A stretch of DNA of 64,000 nt, from positions 79,312-143,311 of the forward strand of contig UQGU01000001.1 of assembly GCA_900540635.1 (NCBI GenBank), in the 5' to 3' direction. The translations under genes and the position numbers were made by a program. Shown here in pieces: positions 16,978 through 27,362 of this stretch. The notes under the pieces are model-generated. The model worked only from the letters and a program-made list of their open reading frames with translations, had not been told where the DNA came from and did no database searches. This DNA comes from an uncultured Eubacteriales bacterium (lineage in GTDB: Bacteria > Bacillota > Clostridia > Oscillospirales > Oscillospiraceae). The stretch's first letter is position 1, and each line of letters begins with the position of its first letter.

Positions 16978-18654
16978 TTAGAACAGGCCGGAGATCTTGC
17001 CGTCCTCGTCCACGTCGATGCGCTCGGCGGCGGGGACCTTGGGCAGGCCGGGCATGGTCATGATCTCACCGGTCAGGGCAACCAGGAAGCCTGCACCGGC
17101 AGAGACCTTCACGTTGCGCACGGTCACGGTGAAGCCGGTGGGTGCGCCCAGCTTGGTCTGGTCGTCAGAGAAGGAATACTGGGTCTTGGCCATGCAGATG
17201 GGCATCTTGTCGTAGCCCAGCTCGGTCAGGGTCTTGATCTGCTTCTCGGCATTGGCAGTGAAGGTCACGCCGTCGCCATGGTAGATCTTCTTGACAATGG
17301 CCTCGATCTTGTCCTTGATGGGAGCATCCACATCATAGCTGAAGGTGAAGTCATTGGGCTGCTCGCACAGGCGGATGACCTCCTTGCCCAGCTCGATGCC
17401 GCCTTCGCCGCCCTTGCCCCAAACCTCGGACAGAGCAACGTTGACACCCAGAGCCTTGCACTTCTCCTCAACCAACTTCAGCTCGGCCTCGGTATCCTGG
17501 GGGAAGCGGTTGATGGCAACCACGCAGGGCAGCTTGTAAACCTTGGTGATGTTCTCCACGTGCCGCAGCAGGTTGGGCAGGCCCTTCTCCAGAGCCTCCA
17601 GGTTCTCCTTGCCGGTCTCGGCCTTGGGAACGCCGCCGTTGTACTTGAGGGCGCGGACGGTGGCAACCAGCACCACGCAGCTGGGCTTCAGGCCAGCCAT
17701 ACGGCACTTGATGTCCAGGAACTTCTCAGCGCCCAGGTCAGCACCGAAGCCAGCCTCAGTGACGGTGTAGTCAGACAGCTTCAGAGCGATCTTGGTCGCG
17801 GTGACGGAGTTGCAGCCGTGGGCAATGTTGGCGAAGGGGCCGCCGTGGACGAATGCGGGGGTGTGCTCCAGGGTCTGGACCAGGTTGGGCTTCAGAGCGT
17901 CCTTCAGCAGGGCAGCCATAGCGCCCTGGGCGTTCAGGTCACCGGCGGTGACGGGCTTGCCGTCCCGGGTGTAGGCAACCACCAGGCGGGCCAGTCTTGC
18001 CTTCAGATCGTTAATGTCGGAAGCCAGGCACAGCACGGCCATGACCTCGGAGGCGACGGTGATGTCGTAGCCGTCCTCACGGGGCATACCGTTGGTCTTG
18101 CCGCCCAGGCCGTCCACCACGAAGCGGAGCTGCCGGTCGTTCATGTCCACGCAGCGGCGCCATACGATCTGGCGGGGGTCGATATTCAGGGCGTTGCCCT
18201 GGTAAATGTGGTTATCCAGCATGGCGGCCAGCAGGTTGTTGGCTGCGCCGATGGCGTGGAAGTCACCGGTAAAGTGCAGGTTGATGTCCTCCATGGGGAC
18301 AACCTGAGCGTAGCCGCCGCCGGCAGCGCCGCCCTTAACGCCAAACACAGGTCCCAGAGAGGGCTCACGCAGGGCAACCAGAACGTTCTTGCCCAGCTTG
18401 CGCATACCGTCGGCCAGACCGACGGTGGTGGTGGTCTTGCCTTCGCCGGCAGGGGTGGGGTTGATGGCGGTGACCAGGATCAGCTTGCCATTGGGCTTGT
18501 CAGCCATGTCCTTGAGGATCTTGTAGTCCACCTTTGCCTTGTACTTGCCGTACTGCTCCAGGTACTTCTCGTCCACACCGGCGGTCTTTGCGATCTCGGT
18601 AATGGGCTCCATGACGGTTTCCTGTGCGATTTCGATGTCAGTTTTGAATGCCAT
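16978..18654 (-). CDS. fhs: Formate-tetrahydrofolate ligase
   Basis: 558 aa from [11 protein letters not shown], with the P-loop [15 protein letters not shown]. Confidence 0.95.
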   Translation of the reverse strand: MAFKTDIEIAQETVMEPITEIAKTAGVDEKYLEQYGKYKAKVDYKILKDMADKPNGKLILVTAINPTPAGEGKTTTTVGLADGMRKLGKNVLVALREPSLGPVFGVKGGAAGGGYAQVVPMEDINLHFTGDFHAIGAANNLLAAMLDNHIYQGNALNIDPRQIVWRRCVDMNDRQLRFVVDGLGGKTNGMPREDGYDITVASEVMAVLCLASDINDLKARLARLVVAYTRDGKPVTAGDLNAQGAMAALLKDALKPNLVQTLEHTPAFVHGGPFANIAHGCNSVTATKIALKLSDYTVTEAGFGADLGAEKFLDIKCRMAGLKPSCVVLVATVRALKYNGGVPKAETGKENLEALEKGLPNLLRHVENITKVYKLPCVVAINRFPQDTEAELKLVEEKCKALGVNVALSEVWGKGGEGGIELGKEVIRLCEQPNDFTFSYDVDAPIKDKIEAIVKKIYHGDGVTFTANAEKQIKTLTELGYDKMPICMAKTQYSFSDDQTKLGAPTGFTVTVRNVKVSAGAGFLVALTGEIMTMPGLPKVPAAERIDVDEDGKISGLF

Positions 18655-18761
18655 AGTTATCAATCTCCTTGTATTGTGTAATCGGCTCCCTTGCCGTGAG
18701 TTTGGCTCGGGTGCATACAGGACTTATGCGGGTCACCGTGAGTCTGGGTCGCCGCACGTTT

Positions 18762-18785
18762 CTATCGGTACTTTCGTACCGATAG
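18762..18785 (-). promoter_or_regulatory. Perfect 11-bp-arm palindrome ctatcggtac-tt-tcgtaccgatag at the predicted fhs transcription start; candidate operator
   Basis: On the minus strand a TTGACA-17-TATTCT promoter at 18787-18815 puts the transcription start inside this palindrome. A half-site CGTTTCTATCG recurs inverted at 18911-18921. Confidence 0.45.
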
Positions 18786-18945
18786 AAGAATACCACTTTT
18801 CCAAACCGCTGTCAATAGCCCCCGGGAAAATTCATAATTTATGACAATTTTAACAAAGCAAAAGGAAGGAATCGCGTCTGAAGTTGTGCAAAATTTCATG
18901 CGTTTTTTATCGATAGAAACGTCCAAAAAGCTTTCTTCGGGGCGG

Positions 18946-20250
18946 TCAGGGCGACAGGCTGCCGATCTGACCTATGGCGTACAGCGGCAGATTCACAAGG
19001 CCGTCCTCTTTCCTGTAGTCTGCCATGGAAGTACGGATCGCAAGCTCCGGCGAGAACTTTTCCCGGTAGGTTTTCAGGCTTTTGGCCCTCAGATTCGTCT
19101 CTGCCTTGACTTCCAGGGGCATCACCCGTCCACCCGTATCGACCACAAAATTCACCTCGCAGCTGCCTCTGTCATTGGTGTAGTAGCACAGCTCCAGGTC
19201 TGCAAGGGTTTTCAGCTGCTGACAAACATATTGCTCCGTGAGTGCCCCCTTAAACTCCACAAAAAGGGCATTGCCATCCAGAAGTGTGCGCTGGTGCAGC
19301 CCCGTCATGCAGCCCAAAAGCCCAACATCCAGCACAAACAGCTTAAAGGCCTTCATGTCCTCATAGGCCCGCAGCGGAATTCCGGGGGCATTGACACGGC
19401 TGACCCTGTGGACAAGTCCGCAGTCGCTGAGCCACAGCAGCGCCGTCTCGTAATCCTTCGCCCGCGCCCCCTCCCGGACAAGCCCATAGATGAATTTTTT
19501 GTTCTCCTTTGCCAGCTGTGCGGGGATACTGTTCCACAGCATCCGCAGTCTGGGAACTACCTCATTGGGTGCGTGCTTTGAAAAATCCTGCTCGTAGGCC
19601 GCAAGGATTCGTTTCTGGATCTGCCGGACCTCATTGAAATCCTGATTTTCCGCAAAGCTTTCCACGGCCTCAGGCATGCCGCCTACAAAATAATACTGCT
19701 TCAGCGCATCAGCATAGGTTTCCCGGAAGCTTGTGATCATCGAAAAATCCTGCTGATCCAGCAGCTCAGAAAACTGCTTCTTCCCGATTGCCATTAAGAA
19801 CTCCTGAAAGGACAAAGGATACAGCTTTAAAAAATCCACCTTGCCCACCGGGAAGGATGTTCCCCGATGCAGCGCGATCCCCAGCAGGGAACCGGCGCAC
19901 ACGATGTGGTACTGCGGTGCGTCTTCACAAAAATATTTCAACGCGGCCAGCGCCCTGGGGACCTCCTGCACCTCATCAAAGATCAGCAGTGCATTTTCCG
20001 GGTCAATTTTCCGGCCTGCGTACAGCTCCAGCCCCAGGACCAGGCGCTTTGTATCCAGATCCGAAGCAAACAGCTCTGCCATTCTGGCATTGGAATCAAA
20101 ATTGATATACACGGTATCCCCATAGGCCTGTCTGCCGAATTCCTTCATCAGCCAGGTCTTGCCCACCTGGCGGGCTCCCTCAATGATCAGGGGCTTACGA
20201 CGTCTGCTCTGCTTCCAGGCAAGCAGGTTTTCCATAGCCATTCGGTACAT
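18946..20250 (-). CDS. AAA+ ATPase with a DUF4143-type C-terminal domain (COG1373)
   Basis: Walker A GARQVGKT. Start MYRMAMENLL with a GGAGG RBS. Confidence 0.75.
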   Translation of the reverse strand: MYRMAMENLLAWKQSRRRKPLIIEGARQVGKTWLMKEFGRQAYGDTVYINFDSNARMAELFASDLDTKRLVLGLELYAGRKIDPENALLIFDEVQEVPRALAALKYFCEDAPQYHIVCAGSLLGIALHRGTSFPVGKVDFLKLYPLSFQEFLMAIGKKQFSELLDQQDFSMITSFRETYADALKQYYFVGGMPEAVESFAENQDFNEVRQIQKRILAAYEQDFSKHAPNEVVPRLRMLWNSIPAQLAKENKKFIYGLVREGARAKDYETALLWLSDCGLVHRVSRVNAPGIPLRAYEDMKAFKLFVLDVGLLGCMTGLHQRTLLDGNALFVEFKGALTEQYVCQQLKTLADLELCYYTNDRGSCEVNFVVDTGGRVMPLEVKAETNLRAKSLKTYREKFSPELAIRTSMADYRKEDGLVNLPLYAIGQIGSLSP

Positions 20251-20378
20251 ATTGCGCCTCCAGTTCCGTATTTCCGAAGGTATCATAGCACAGAATTGCA
20301 AAAATTACAACGTAATTCTGTCGATATACTACGCTTTTTACAACGAGTTTTTGTCACATTGTACCGCTGCGGCGGTCC

Positions 20379-20397
20379 CCCTTGCCCGGCGGGGAAG
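20379..20397. repeat. REP-like palindrome, family A variant (ccttgccc-ggc-ggggaagg)
   Basis: Shares the upstream ccgctgcggcggtccccc block with the 14050-14092 copy. Confidence 0.55.
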
Positions 20398-20433
20398 GCT
20401 AAAGCCCCCCAGGGTGGACCTGGGGGGCTTGGG

Positions 20434-21165
20434 TCAGCGCAGGAGGGCGGTTTGCAGGTAGGCATAGTAGGCGGACCGGGCACTCTGGATATAGATGCGG
20501 CTGATGGGGATCTGTTCATCGGTACAGAGCAGGAAGCTTCGGGCATTGAGGCCTGCCACATGGCGCAGATTCACCGCAAAGCTCACGTGGCACCGGCACA
20601 GGGTGCCGCTCTGGAGCTGGGCGAGGATCTCGCTGAGCTTCTGGCGGGTGCGGATGGTGTGGCCGGAGAGCAGATGCAGATAGGTGATATGGTCCTTCCG
20701 CTCCAGGTAGACGATGCCGGAAAGCCGAAGCTGCAGGGGCACCCTGTTGGACAGGACGGTCAGGGTCTCCTCCCGGGCGCTGTCGAGAACGGATGCGGCC
20801 CGAAGCAGAAATTTTGGAAGCTGATTTTCCAGCTGCTCCTTCAAAACCATGCCCAGGTGGGGCACATCGTAAACATCGCTGACATACTGGGGGTAGCCGC
20901 TGACAAAGATGATCTGGCACTCGGGGAATTTTTCGACGATGCTCCGGGCCAGGGAGATGCCGTTGTCCTGCTTCAGCACAATGTCCAGCACCGCAATGTG
21001 GAGCTGCACCGAGGAGTCCGGCAGGGCCTCCGCTCCGGCGGCGCAGTGGAAGACGGCGTTGTATTGGGGCAGCAGCGTCTTTTTGCACAGGGCCAGCAGC
21101 CGGTCCAGGACCAGGGGTTCGTCGTCGCACAGAAGAACGTTCCATTCCTGCTGCTTATTGGGCAT
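20434..21165 (-). CDS. LytTR-family response regulator (AgrA-like)
   Basis: Receiver domain (LLCDDEP...) plus a C-terminal LytTR DNA-binding domain. Confidence 0.85.
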   Translation of the reverse strand: MPNKQQEWNVLLCDDEPLVLDRLLALCKKTLLPQYNAVFHCAAGAEALPDSSVQLHIAVLDIVLKQDNGISLARSIVEKFPECQIIFVSGYPQYVSDVYDVPHLGMVLKEQLENQLPKFLLRAASVLDSAREETLTVLSNRVPLQLRLSGIVYLERKDHITYLHLLSGHTIRTRQKLSEILAQLQSGTLCRCHVSFAVNLRHVAGLNARSFLLCTDEQIPISRIYIQSARSAYYAYLQTALLR

Positions 21166-22498
21166 TGGCAGTCTCTCCTTCCTGCTTTTCCGGCAGCGGG
21201 AGACACAGGTCCGTGCGGAAGCAGCCGTCCTGATATTCGGTCTTCAGGGTGCCGTGGTATTTGGAGGCGATGGTATTCAGGATGCCCAGGCCCAGGCCGT
21301 GGGCACGCAGGGGGTTGTTTTCCTGCTTGCGGGCAGGCTTCCTGGCGGGGTTGGCGCAGGAGATCATCAGGCAGTTTCCCCGGACCATGGCCTGAAGCTC
21401 AATCGTCTTCTGCTGCGCGCCGCTTTCCAGCACGCCCTGGATGCTGTTGTCCAGCAGGTTGGAAAAAATGCTGCACAGCTGGGCGTTTTCCACAGGCAGC
21501 TCCGGCGGGAGCTCCGTATTGATGCTCAGCCGAATGTCCTTCTCCCGGCAGAGGCGGGCCTTGTCGGAGAGCACCGCATCCACCATCAGATTGCTGCTGA
21601 ACCGGGGGCCTACCCGGGAGCCAAGGCTATGCTGCACCTGGCCCAGCTGCTGGCGGGCCAGTCCGGTTTCGCCGGAATCCATCAGCTGGTAGGCGGCCTG
21701 GAGCTGGTTGTTGAGGTCGTGGCGGATCTGGTTCACCGTGAGGATGCTCTCCTGCAATTGCCGGTAGTAATCGGTCTGCACGTCCAGCTGCTCGTTGGCC
21801 ATGCGCACCTGCTGGCGCAGCTCCTCGCTCTGCTGGACCTTCCACATGCCGAAGACGAACACCGCGTCCGCGACGATGGACAGCAGCACCCCAAAGGCAT
21901 AGGTCTGCCGGATGCCGCCGATGCCGCCTACATAGGAAATGAGCCTGTTGATCACGTTCATGAGAATGATCTGGCTGACGGGGATGGGCAGGAAAAACAG
22001 AAGCTTGGGGGAGAGATGCCACCGGGGAAGCACCTCTGTCACAAAGCGGTAATAGCCAAGGCAGACCGGGACGAAAAGCAGCTGGCACAGAAAGGTCATA
22101 ATGGCGTTGCCGAAGGAATCCTTCCGGTCCAGCAGAACCTCCGGGGGGATCTGGAGCTTCTCGGCAATGGGAAAGGTGACGAGGCTGCCCACAAACATAA
22201 TGGCGATGGTGGAGGCGAACAGCCCCAGAGAAGTAACCGCGCCCCCGATTTTATGCCCCCTGGGGGCGATGCAGAAGACATAGACCAGACTGCCGGCGAC
22301 GGTAGCGGCATCCAGCACGGCGGAGGGGGCCGGGAGCAGATAGTTATTGACCGCCCAGATCCCGAGAAACAAAAGCGCCGACACCCATACATGCACCCAG
22401 GGGTGCTTCGGCTTTATCAGGCGTACGATGGTACCGAACAAAAGCAGATTGCCCAGCAGGATACCCAAACAGTTGCAAAGCACGATCAGAGGATACAT
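21155..22498 (-). CDS. Membrane sensor histidine kinase (AgrC/LytS-like, GHKL ATPase)
   Basis: About six predicted TM helices at the N-terminus. HK region with NLLDNS and GLGLGI motifs. Confidence 0.8.
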   Translation of the reverse strand: MYPLIVLCNCLGILLGNLLLFGTIVRLIKPKHPWVHVWVSALLFLGIWAVNNYLLPAPSAVLDAATVAGSLVYVFCIAPRGHKIGGAVTSLGLFASTIAIMFVGSLVTFPIAEKLQIPPEVLLDRKDSFGNAIMTFLCQLLFVPVCLGYYRFVTEVLPRWHLSPKLLFFLPIPVSQIILMNVINRLISYVGGIGGIRQTYAFGVLLSIVADAVFVFGMWKVQQSEELRQQVRMANEQLDVQTDYYRQLQESILTVNQIRHDLNNQLQAAYQLMDSGETGLARQQLGQVQHSLGSRVGPRFSSNLMVDAVLSDKARLCREKDIRLSINTELPPELPVENAQLCSIFSNLLDNSIQGVLESGAQQKTIELQAMVRGNCLMISCANPARKPARKQENNPLRAHGLGLGILNTIASKYHGTLKTEYQDGCFRTDLCLPLPEKQEGETANAQ

Positions 22499-22705
22499 TG
22501 CTGACCTCCCGAAGACTTTCTGATGCTTCCATTATACATGAGACCGCCCGGAAAGCAAGGAGAACAGGGACAAAAGCTTCGTTTTTGGCAACGAAACGCC
22601 ATAGTTGGCACCATAACGTCATAACTGGCAGATGATGGAAAAGGGGCTGGGTGGTATAATAGCCCTAAGAAGATACCCCCTTGCGGCGGGGACAGGAGGA
22701 GAAAT

Positions 22706-23927
22706 CATGACCACAGCAGAAGTTCTGGAAACCATCAAGCGGGAGTACGGCGAATCGGCTCTGCGGGACGGGAAGCGGCTGCAGGGGCTCTTTGCCGACT
22801 GCTCCCGGGGGCAGATGCGGCCCCAGGCAAATGCTTTGCGCATCTTTCTGGAGTGCAGCGGCAATACGCGGATCTTGAACCTGCGCGCTGCTACCTATGA
22901 GACCCGGCAGCGGGAGCTCCATCGGCTGGTTCAGGAGATGGTGATTTCCTACAGTATGCAGGGAGTCATGGTGCAGGAGATTTGCGGAGCGTTTTGGCAA
23001 ATCACCGTCGGTGGGGAGCTGCCACTGACCGCTGCGGAGTCGGAGCAAAAAACCGAACCGGCACCCCAGCCGGAAATCAGGCAGGTGCAGAAGCAGCTTG
23101 TATCCACGCTGGCCAGTCTGGAAAATGAAGAACGGACTCAGCTTCGGCAGGTGCAGCCCCCGGCACCAGACCCCATTGAGGCGGCCCGGCAGAAGGGCTT
23201 TGAAATTTCCCGGGAAGGTGTTTTGACAAAATATACCGGAAAAGAAACCGATGTGGTGATACCGGATTGCGTAAAGATAATCGGCGACGGCGCTTTTGAT
23301 GCGAATTGGGATTTAAAGTCGGTCACAATTCCGGAAGGCGTCACAAAAATTGAGCAAAATGCGTTTTTCTTTTGCTCAGAGTTGGAAACAGTCACTTTGC
23401 CGGAATCCTTGTCTAAAATTGGAGAGGATGCTTTTGGATGGTGCGACATGCTTGTGTTTCCAAAGCTTCCCTGCGAATTGAGCCTAAAACACATTGGCAC
23501 CGGCGCGTTCAGTAAATCCCATTTGCAAAAGGCTGTGTTGCCTGGGGCGCTTGACGAAGTAAATCTTTCGTGGCTGGCGCCGTTCCCGCCAAAAGTGGTT
23601 TCCATATCCGCTGGGACGCGGACTGTGAAGATTCAGGCTCTCCAGCGCGGCTGCTTTTTGGAAATTCCGGATACCGTCAACAGTATAGCAGTGACCGGTG
23701 ACCTGGGTACAATGAGCAAGGTTGGGGAACGTATTGTGATTCTTGCCTCCGACCAATGGGTAAGCAGGCATAAAGTGTTCCTTATGCTGAACAAGAAGCT
23801 TTGCGTGACACCGTCTCTTCTGGCTCACACAAAGTATTACCGCAACGGCCGTTGGTCCGAAGAAGTATGGCAGAAATATGGCCATAGTTGCGGAATGCTT
23901 GGAATAACAGACAATAACCTTCCCTGA
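22706..23927 (+). CDS. Cytoplasmic leucine-rich-repeat (BspA-type LRR) protein with an uncharacterised ~150-aa N-terminal domain; first gene of the kinase/vWA/PP2C operon
   Basis: Start MTTAEVLETIK with an AGGAGGAG RBS. LRR units VIPDCVKIIGDGAF / VTIPEGVTKIEQNAF / VTLPESLSKIGEDAF. No signal peptide. Confidence 0.7.
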
Positions 23928-23986
23928 TAAGAATCCCTACAGTATCCGGCAATAATCACAAAAGCAGAGAAAGAGGAGGAAAAGCA

Positions 23987-25279
23987 ATGAACGGACAATT
24001 ACAGCCGGGGACCGTCCTGGCTTCCCAGGCCCAGGTGCACTACAAGGTGCTCTCCCTGCTGGGCGCCGGAGGGCAAGGCGAGGTATACGAGGTGGAGGCC
24101 GGGAGCACCCGGATGGCGCTGAAATGGTACTACCCCAAAAGCGCCCAGCCCCAACAGCTGGAAATTCTGAAGCGGCTGGTGGAGATGGGCGCGCCGGACG
24201 GGGCCTTTCTGTGGCCGGAGGATCTGATCTTCGCCCCGGAGGGAAAGACCTTCGGCTATGTCATGCCCCTGCGGCAGAACAATTACAAGGGCCTGGTGGA
24301 CCTTTTGAAATGCCGGGTAGAGATGTCTCTCTACACCCGGTGCCGCATTGCCTACAATCTGGCCAGGGCCTACGAAAAGCTCCATGCCTCCGGCAACTGC
24401 TACCGGGACATCAACTACAATAACCTCTTCTTCGACCCCGCCACCGGAGACGTACGCATCTGCGACAACGACAACGTGGCCCCCAAGGATATGCCGGGGC
24501 TGGTGAAGGGCACCTACGGCTTCATGGCCCCGGAGATCATCCGGGGAGAGGCCAAGCCCTCCCGGTATACGGACCAGTTCTCCCTGGCGGTGCTGCTGTT
24601 CCACCTGTTCATGATCGCCCATCCCCTGCTCGGCAAGCGGGAATCCAGCATCAAGTGCTGGGATATCCACGCCCAGGATATGCTCTACGGCACCCATCCG
24701 GTGTTCATCTATGACCCCGGCGACGACAGCAACCGCCCAGACCCGGCGGTCCACGGCAACGCCATCGCCTACTGGAAGGTGTACCCCCAGGAGCTCAAGG
24801 ACCTGTTTACGGAGAGCTTCACCACGGGGCTCTTCGAGCCCAACCGCCGGGTAACGGAGAAGCGCTGGATGGACGCGGCAGCCAACCTGATGTGCGGCGT
24901 CCGCCGCTGCCCCAAGTGCGGCGCAGAGGTCTTCTACGACGAGGCCAAGGCGGAAAAGGGCCACGTATGCTGGAACTGCAAATCCCCCGTGCCCATGGCC
25001 GGGGTGCTGCAGATTGGCAAGCGGCGGCTGCTGATCCAGCCCGACGCCCGACTCTTCAGCCACCAGATCTCCGGAAATTACGACATGCAGACCGTGGTTG
25101 GCACGGTGGTCTGGAACCCGAAGAACCCCAGCCTGCTGGGCCTGCGCAACGACAGCCGGGAGAACTGGACCTACCTGAAAGCAGACGGTGCCCAGGTACC
25201 CGTTGCCCCCGGCAGAAGCGCCGCCATCGTCCGGGGCGCAGGCATCGATTTTGGCCTGAAAAAAGGGGAATTCCGGTGA
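23987..25279 (+). CDS. Hanks-type Ser/Thr protein kinase with a C-terminal zinc-ribbon and extra domain
   Basis: LGAGGQGEVYEV...ALKW (G-loop/VAIK), YRDINYNNLFF (HRD-like), GTYGFMAPE (APE), then CPKCG...CWNCKSP. Confidence 0.9.
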   Translation: MNGQLQPGTVLASQAQVHYKVLSLLGAGGQGEVYEVEAGSTRMALKWYYPKSAQPQQLEILKRLVEMGAPDGAFLWPEDLIFAPEGKTFGYVMPLRQNNYKGLVDLLKCRVEMSLYTRCRIAYNLARAYEKLHASGNCYRDINYNNLFFDPATGDVRICDNDNVAPKDMPGLVKGTYGFMAPEIIRGEAKPSRYTDQFSLAVLLFHLFMIAHPLLGKRESSIKCWDIHAQDMLYGTHPVFIYDPGDDSNRPDPAVHGNAIAYWKVYPQELKDLFTESFTTGLFEPNRRVTEKRWMDAAANLMCGVRRCPKCGAEVFYDEAKAEKGHVCWNCKSPVPMAGVLQIGKRRLLIQPDARLFSHQISGNYDMQTVVGTVVWNPKNPSLLGLRNDSRENWTYLKADGAQVPVAPGRSAAIVRGAGIDFGLKKGEFR

Positions 25280-25368
25280 GTTCCCGGGCCGATGCGGGCA
25301 CCGGTCTGCGAGAGACTGCAAATCATTTCCTTGATTTTATATTTCATATCGACTAGGAGGAACAAACA

Positions 25369-26115
25369 ATGGCTGACAAACTGAAAATTCCCGGGGGAGC
25401 CCTGGCCAACCGGCCGCTGCACTTTTTCTGGATGGTGGACTGCTCCAGCTCCATGTCCGGCGACAAAATCGGCGCGGTGAACCACGCCATTCAGGAGTGC
25501 ATCGAGCCCATGCGGGAGGAGGCTGCGGGGAATCCCAACGCACAGCTGTACATCCGCACCCTGAAATTCGCCAGCGGCGCCTCTTGGGTCACGGCAGAGC
25601 CGGTGCCCATTGAGGAATTTGCCTGGGAGGATGTGGAGGCCAACGGCATCACCGATCTGGGCAAGGCCTTTGAGCTTCTGGCCGGGCAGCTGTCCATGCC
25701 CCCCATGCCCGCCCGGGCGCTGCCCCCCGTGATCGTCCTGCTGACCGACGGCTACCCCACGGACGACTGGAAGCGGCCCCTGGAAAAGCTGCTGAAAATG
25801 CCCTGGGGCAAAAAGGCCGTGAAGGTGGCCATTGCCATCGGCAAGGATGCGGACCGGTCTGTGCTGGAGGCCTTTACCGGCAATCCCGAGGCGGTGCTGG
25901 ATGCGGGCAACCCGGAGATCCTGACCCATTTCATCAAGTGGGCCTCCACCGTGGCCAGCGCCGTATCCAATCCCACCAGCAATCCCACCGAGGAAAGCGC
26001 CGAGCCCCAAGCCTCCCAGGAGCCCCAGAGTGAGGACGCACCGGAAGGCCGCGTGCTGGAGGGGAACATCTCCCTGCCGGATCTGGACGAGGTGGACACG
26101 GAAGACGTGTGGTAA
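25369..26115 (+). CDS. TerY-like von Willebrand factor A domain protein
   Basis: MIDAS DCSSSMSGDKIGAVN. Overall collinearity with TerY (IDTSGSMSGEPIEAVN...LLTDG). Acidic C-terminal tail. Confidence 0.85.
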   Translation: MADKLKIPGGALANRPLHFFWMVDCSSSMSGDKIGAVNHAIQECIEPMREEAAGNPNAQLYIRTLKFASGASWVTAEPVPIEEFAWEDVEANGITDLGKAFELLAGQLSMPPMPARALPPVIVLLTDGYPTDDWKRPLEKLLKMPWGKKAVKVAIAIGKDADRSVLEAFTGNPEAVLDAGNPEILTHFIKWASTVASAVSNPTSNPTEESAEPQASQEPQSEDAPEGRVLEGNISLPDLDEVDTEDVW

Positions 26116-26142
26116 GCGCCGAAACGCCATGGGAGAACACAC

Positions 26143-26994
26143 ATGATGCGAAGAATTCTCGGGGAGTCCGTCCGGGGCTACACCCACATCCAGCGGGAGC
26201 TGGAGTGCCAGGACAGCAAGGATTCCCTTGTATTGGAGGATGGGACCGTTATTTTGTCCGTAGCCGACGGCCACGGGAGCCGGTCCTGCCCCTATAGCAG
26301 GCTGGGGGCAGAGCTGGCGACCAAAACCTTCTGCGCGCTGGCGGACGGGCTGTGCCACGGCTTTCAGAAGCGACAGGACCGGCTCTCCGACTACCTGAAT
26401 CACGAGGGCAGCCTGCGCTTTGCCCAGGAGGTGGAGCGAGCCTGGAAGGGCGACGTGCTGCACTGCCACCGGACGCTGGGCCGGGACATACCCCTGACGG
26501 AGGCGGGCGCGGAAAACGAAGCGGCGGTGTACCGCCTGTATGGCACCACGCTGCTGGGGCTGGTGATCGCCCGGGATTTTGTGTTTGCCTTCCAGATCGG
26601 TGACGGAGACATCACCTATGTGGATGGCGGCGGCAGCCAGCCGGTGGTGCAGGCGGACAAGCTGCTGGGAGTGGAGAGCCACTCTCTGTGCTCTGCCGAT
26701 GCCTGGAAACGGGCGGTATCCGCCGTCCATTTTCGGGACCGGGCGCAGAAGGAGCCCTATGCGTTCCTGCTGTCCACCGACGGCTTTTCCAACAGCTATG
26801 CGGACGATGCGGCCTTCGGAGAGACCTGCAGGCAGTATTTTGAGGCTTTGATCACCTACGGCCCCGATGCGGTGGCGGAAAACCTGCCGGAATGGCTCTC
26901 GGAGACCAGCCGCCTGGGCTGCGGGGACGACACGACCCTGCTGATCGCCTATTTTGCGCCAGGGGAAGAAACCAACAAGGAGGAGATTCAATGA
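26143..26994 (+). CDS. PP2C-family Ser/Thr phosphatase
   Basis: ILSVADGHGS, DGDITYVDGGG, LLSTDGFSN, and a C-terminal GCGDDTTLL. Confidence 0.85.
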   Translation: MMRRILGESVRGYTHIQRELECQDSKDSLVLEDGTVILSVADGHGSRSCPYSRLGAELATKTFCALADGLCHGFQKRQDRLSDYLNHEGSLRFAQEVERAWKGDVLHCHRTLGRDIPLTEAGAENEAAVYRLYGTTLLGLVIARDFVFAFQIGDGDITYVDGGGSQPVVQADKLLGVESHSLCSADAWKRAVSAVHFRDRAQKEPYAFLLSTDGFSNSYADDAAFGETCRQYFEALITYGPDAVAENLPEWLSETSRLGCGDDTTLLIAYFAPGEETNKEEIQ

Positions 26995-27341
26995 ATGCAG
27001 CGGTGATTTTACAGAAATGCAGCAGAACCGGAAAGACATTCGGAATTCGGGTGCAGCAGATGGATGACGGGGAATGGTACCGGACCTGGGCATTCCCCAT
27101 GGACGAAGCCCGGGCCGGCCGGGAAGGGTACTCCGGCACCAAACTAAACAGCATGCTGCCGGAAACCCCGGAATACCCGGGCTGCCCCTATTGCGGAAGC
27201 AAGGGCTTTTTCTATGACTACAACTGCGGAAAAATCAGCTGCTATTACGGGGATACCCACGTCACCTGTCCCTGGTGCGGCGGGGACTATGACGTCAGCC
27301 CTACGGATAAAAAGCTGGATTTCCGCGGCGGCGACCTGTAA
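26991..27341 (+). CDS. 116-aa Cys-rich zinc-ribbon protein, translationally coupled to the PP2C gene by an ATGA overlap
   Basis: MNAAVILQKCSRTGKTF...CPYCGSKGFFYDYNCGKISCYYGDTHVTCPWCGG. AAGGAGGAG RBS. Confidence 0.6.
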   Translation: MNAAVILQKCSRTGKTFGIRVQQMDDGEWYRTWAFPMDEARAGREGYSGTKLNSMLPETPEYPGCPYCGSKGFFYDYNCGKISCYYGDTHVTCPWCGGDYDVSPTDKKLDFRGGDL

Positions 27342-27362
27342 GGCTGCCGGGAAGGAGCGACT

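Noticed and set aside
16906-18681. 591-aa plus-strand ORF opposite fhs
   Set aside because: Antisense shadow ORF of the formate-THF ligase gene.
18664-18840. THF or other riboswitch in the fhs leader
   Set aside because: There is a long structured leader, but I could not recognise any riboswitch consensus by eye. Reported only as an operator or promoter candidate.
25171-27093. 640-aa minus-strand ORF
   Set aside because: Antisense to the vWA and PP2C genes, which have clear motifs and RBSs.
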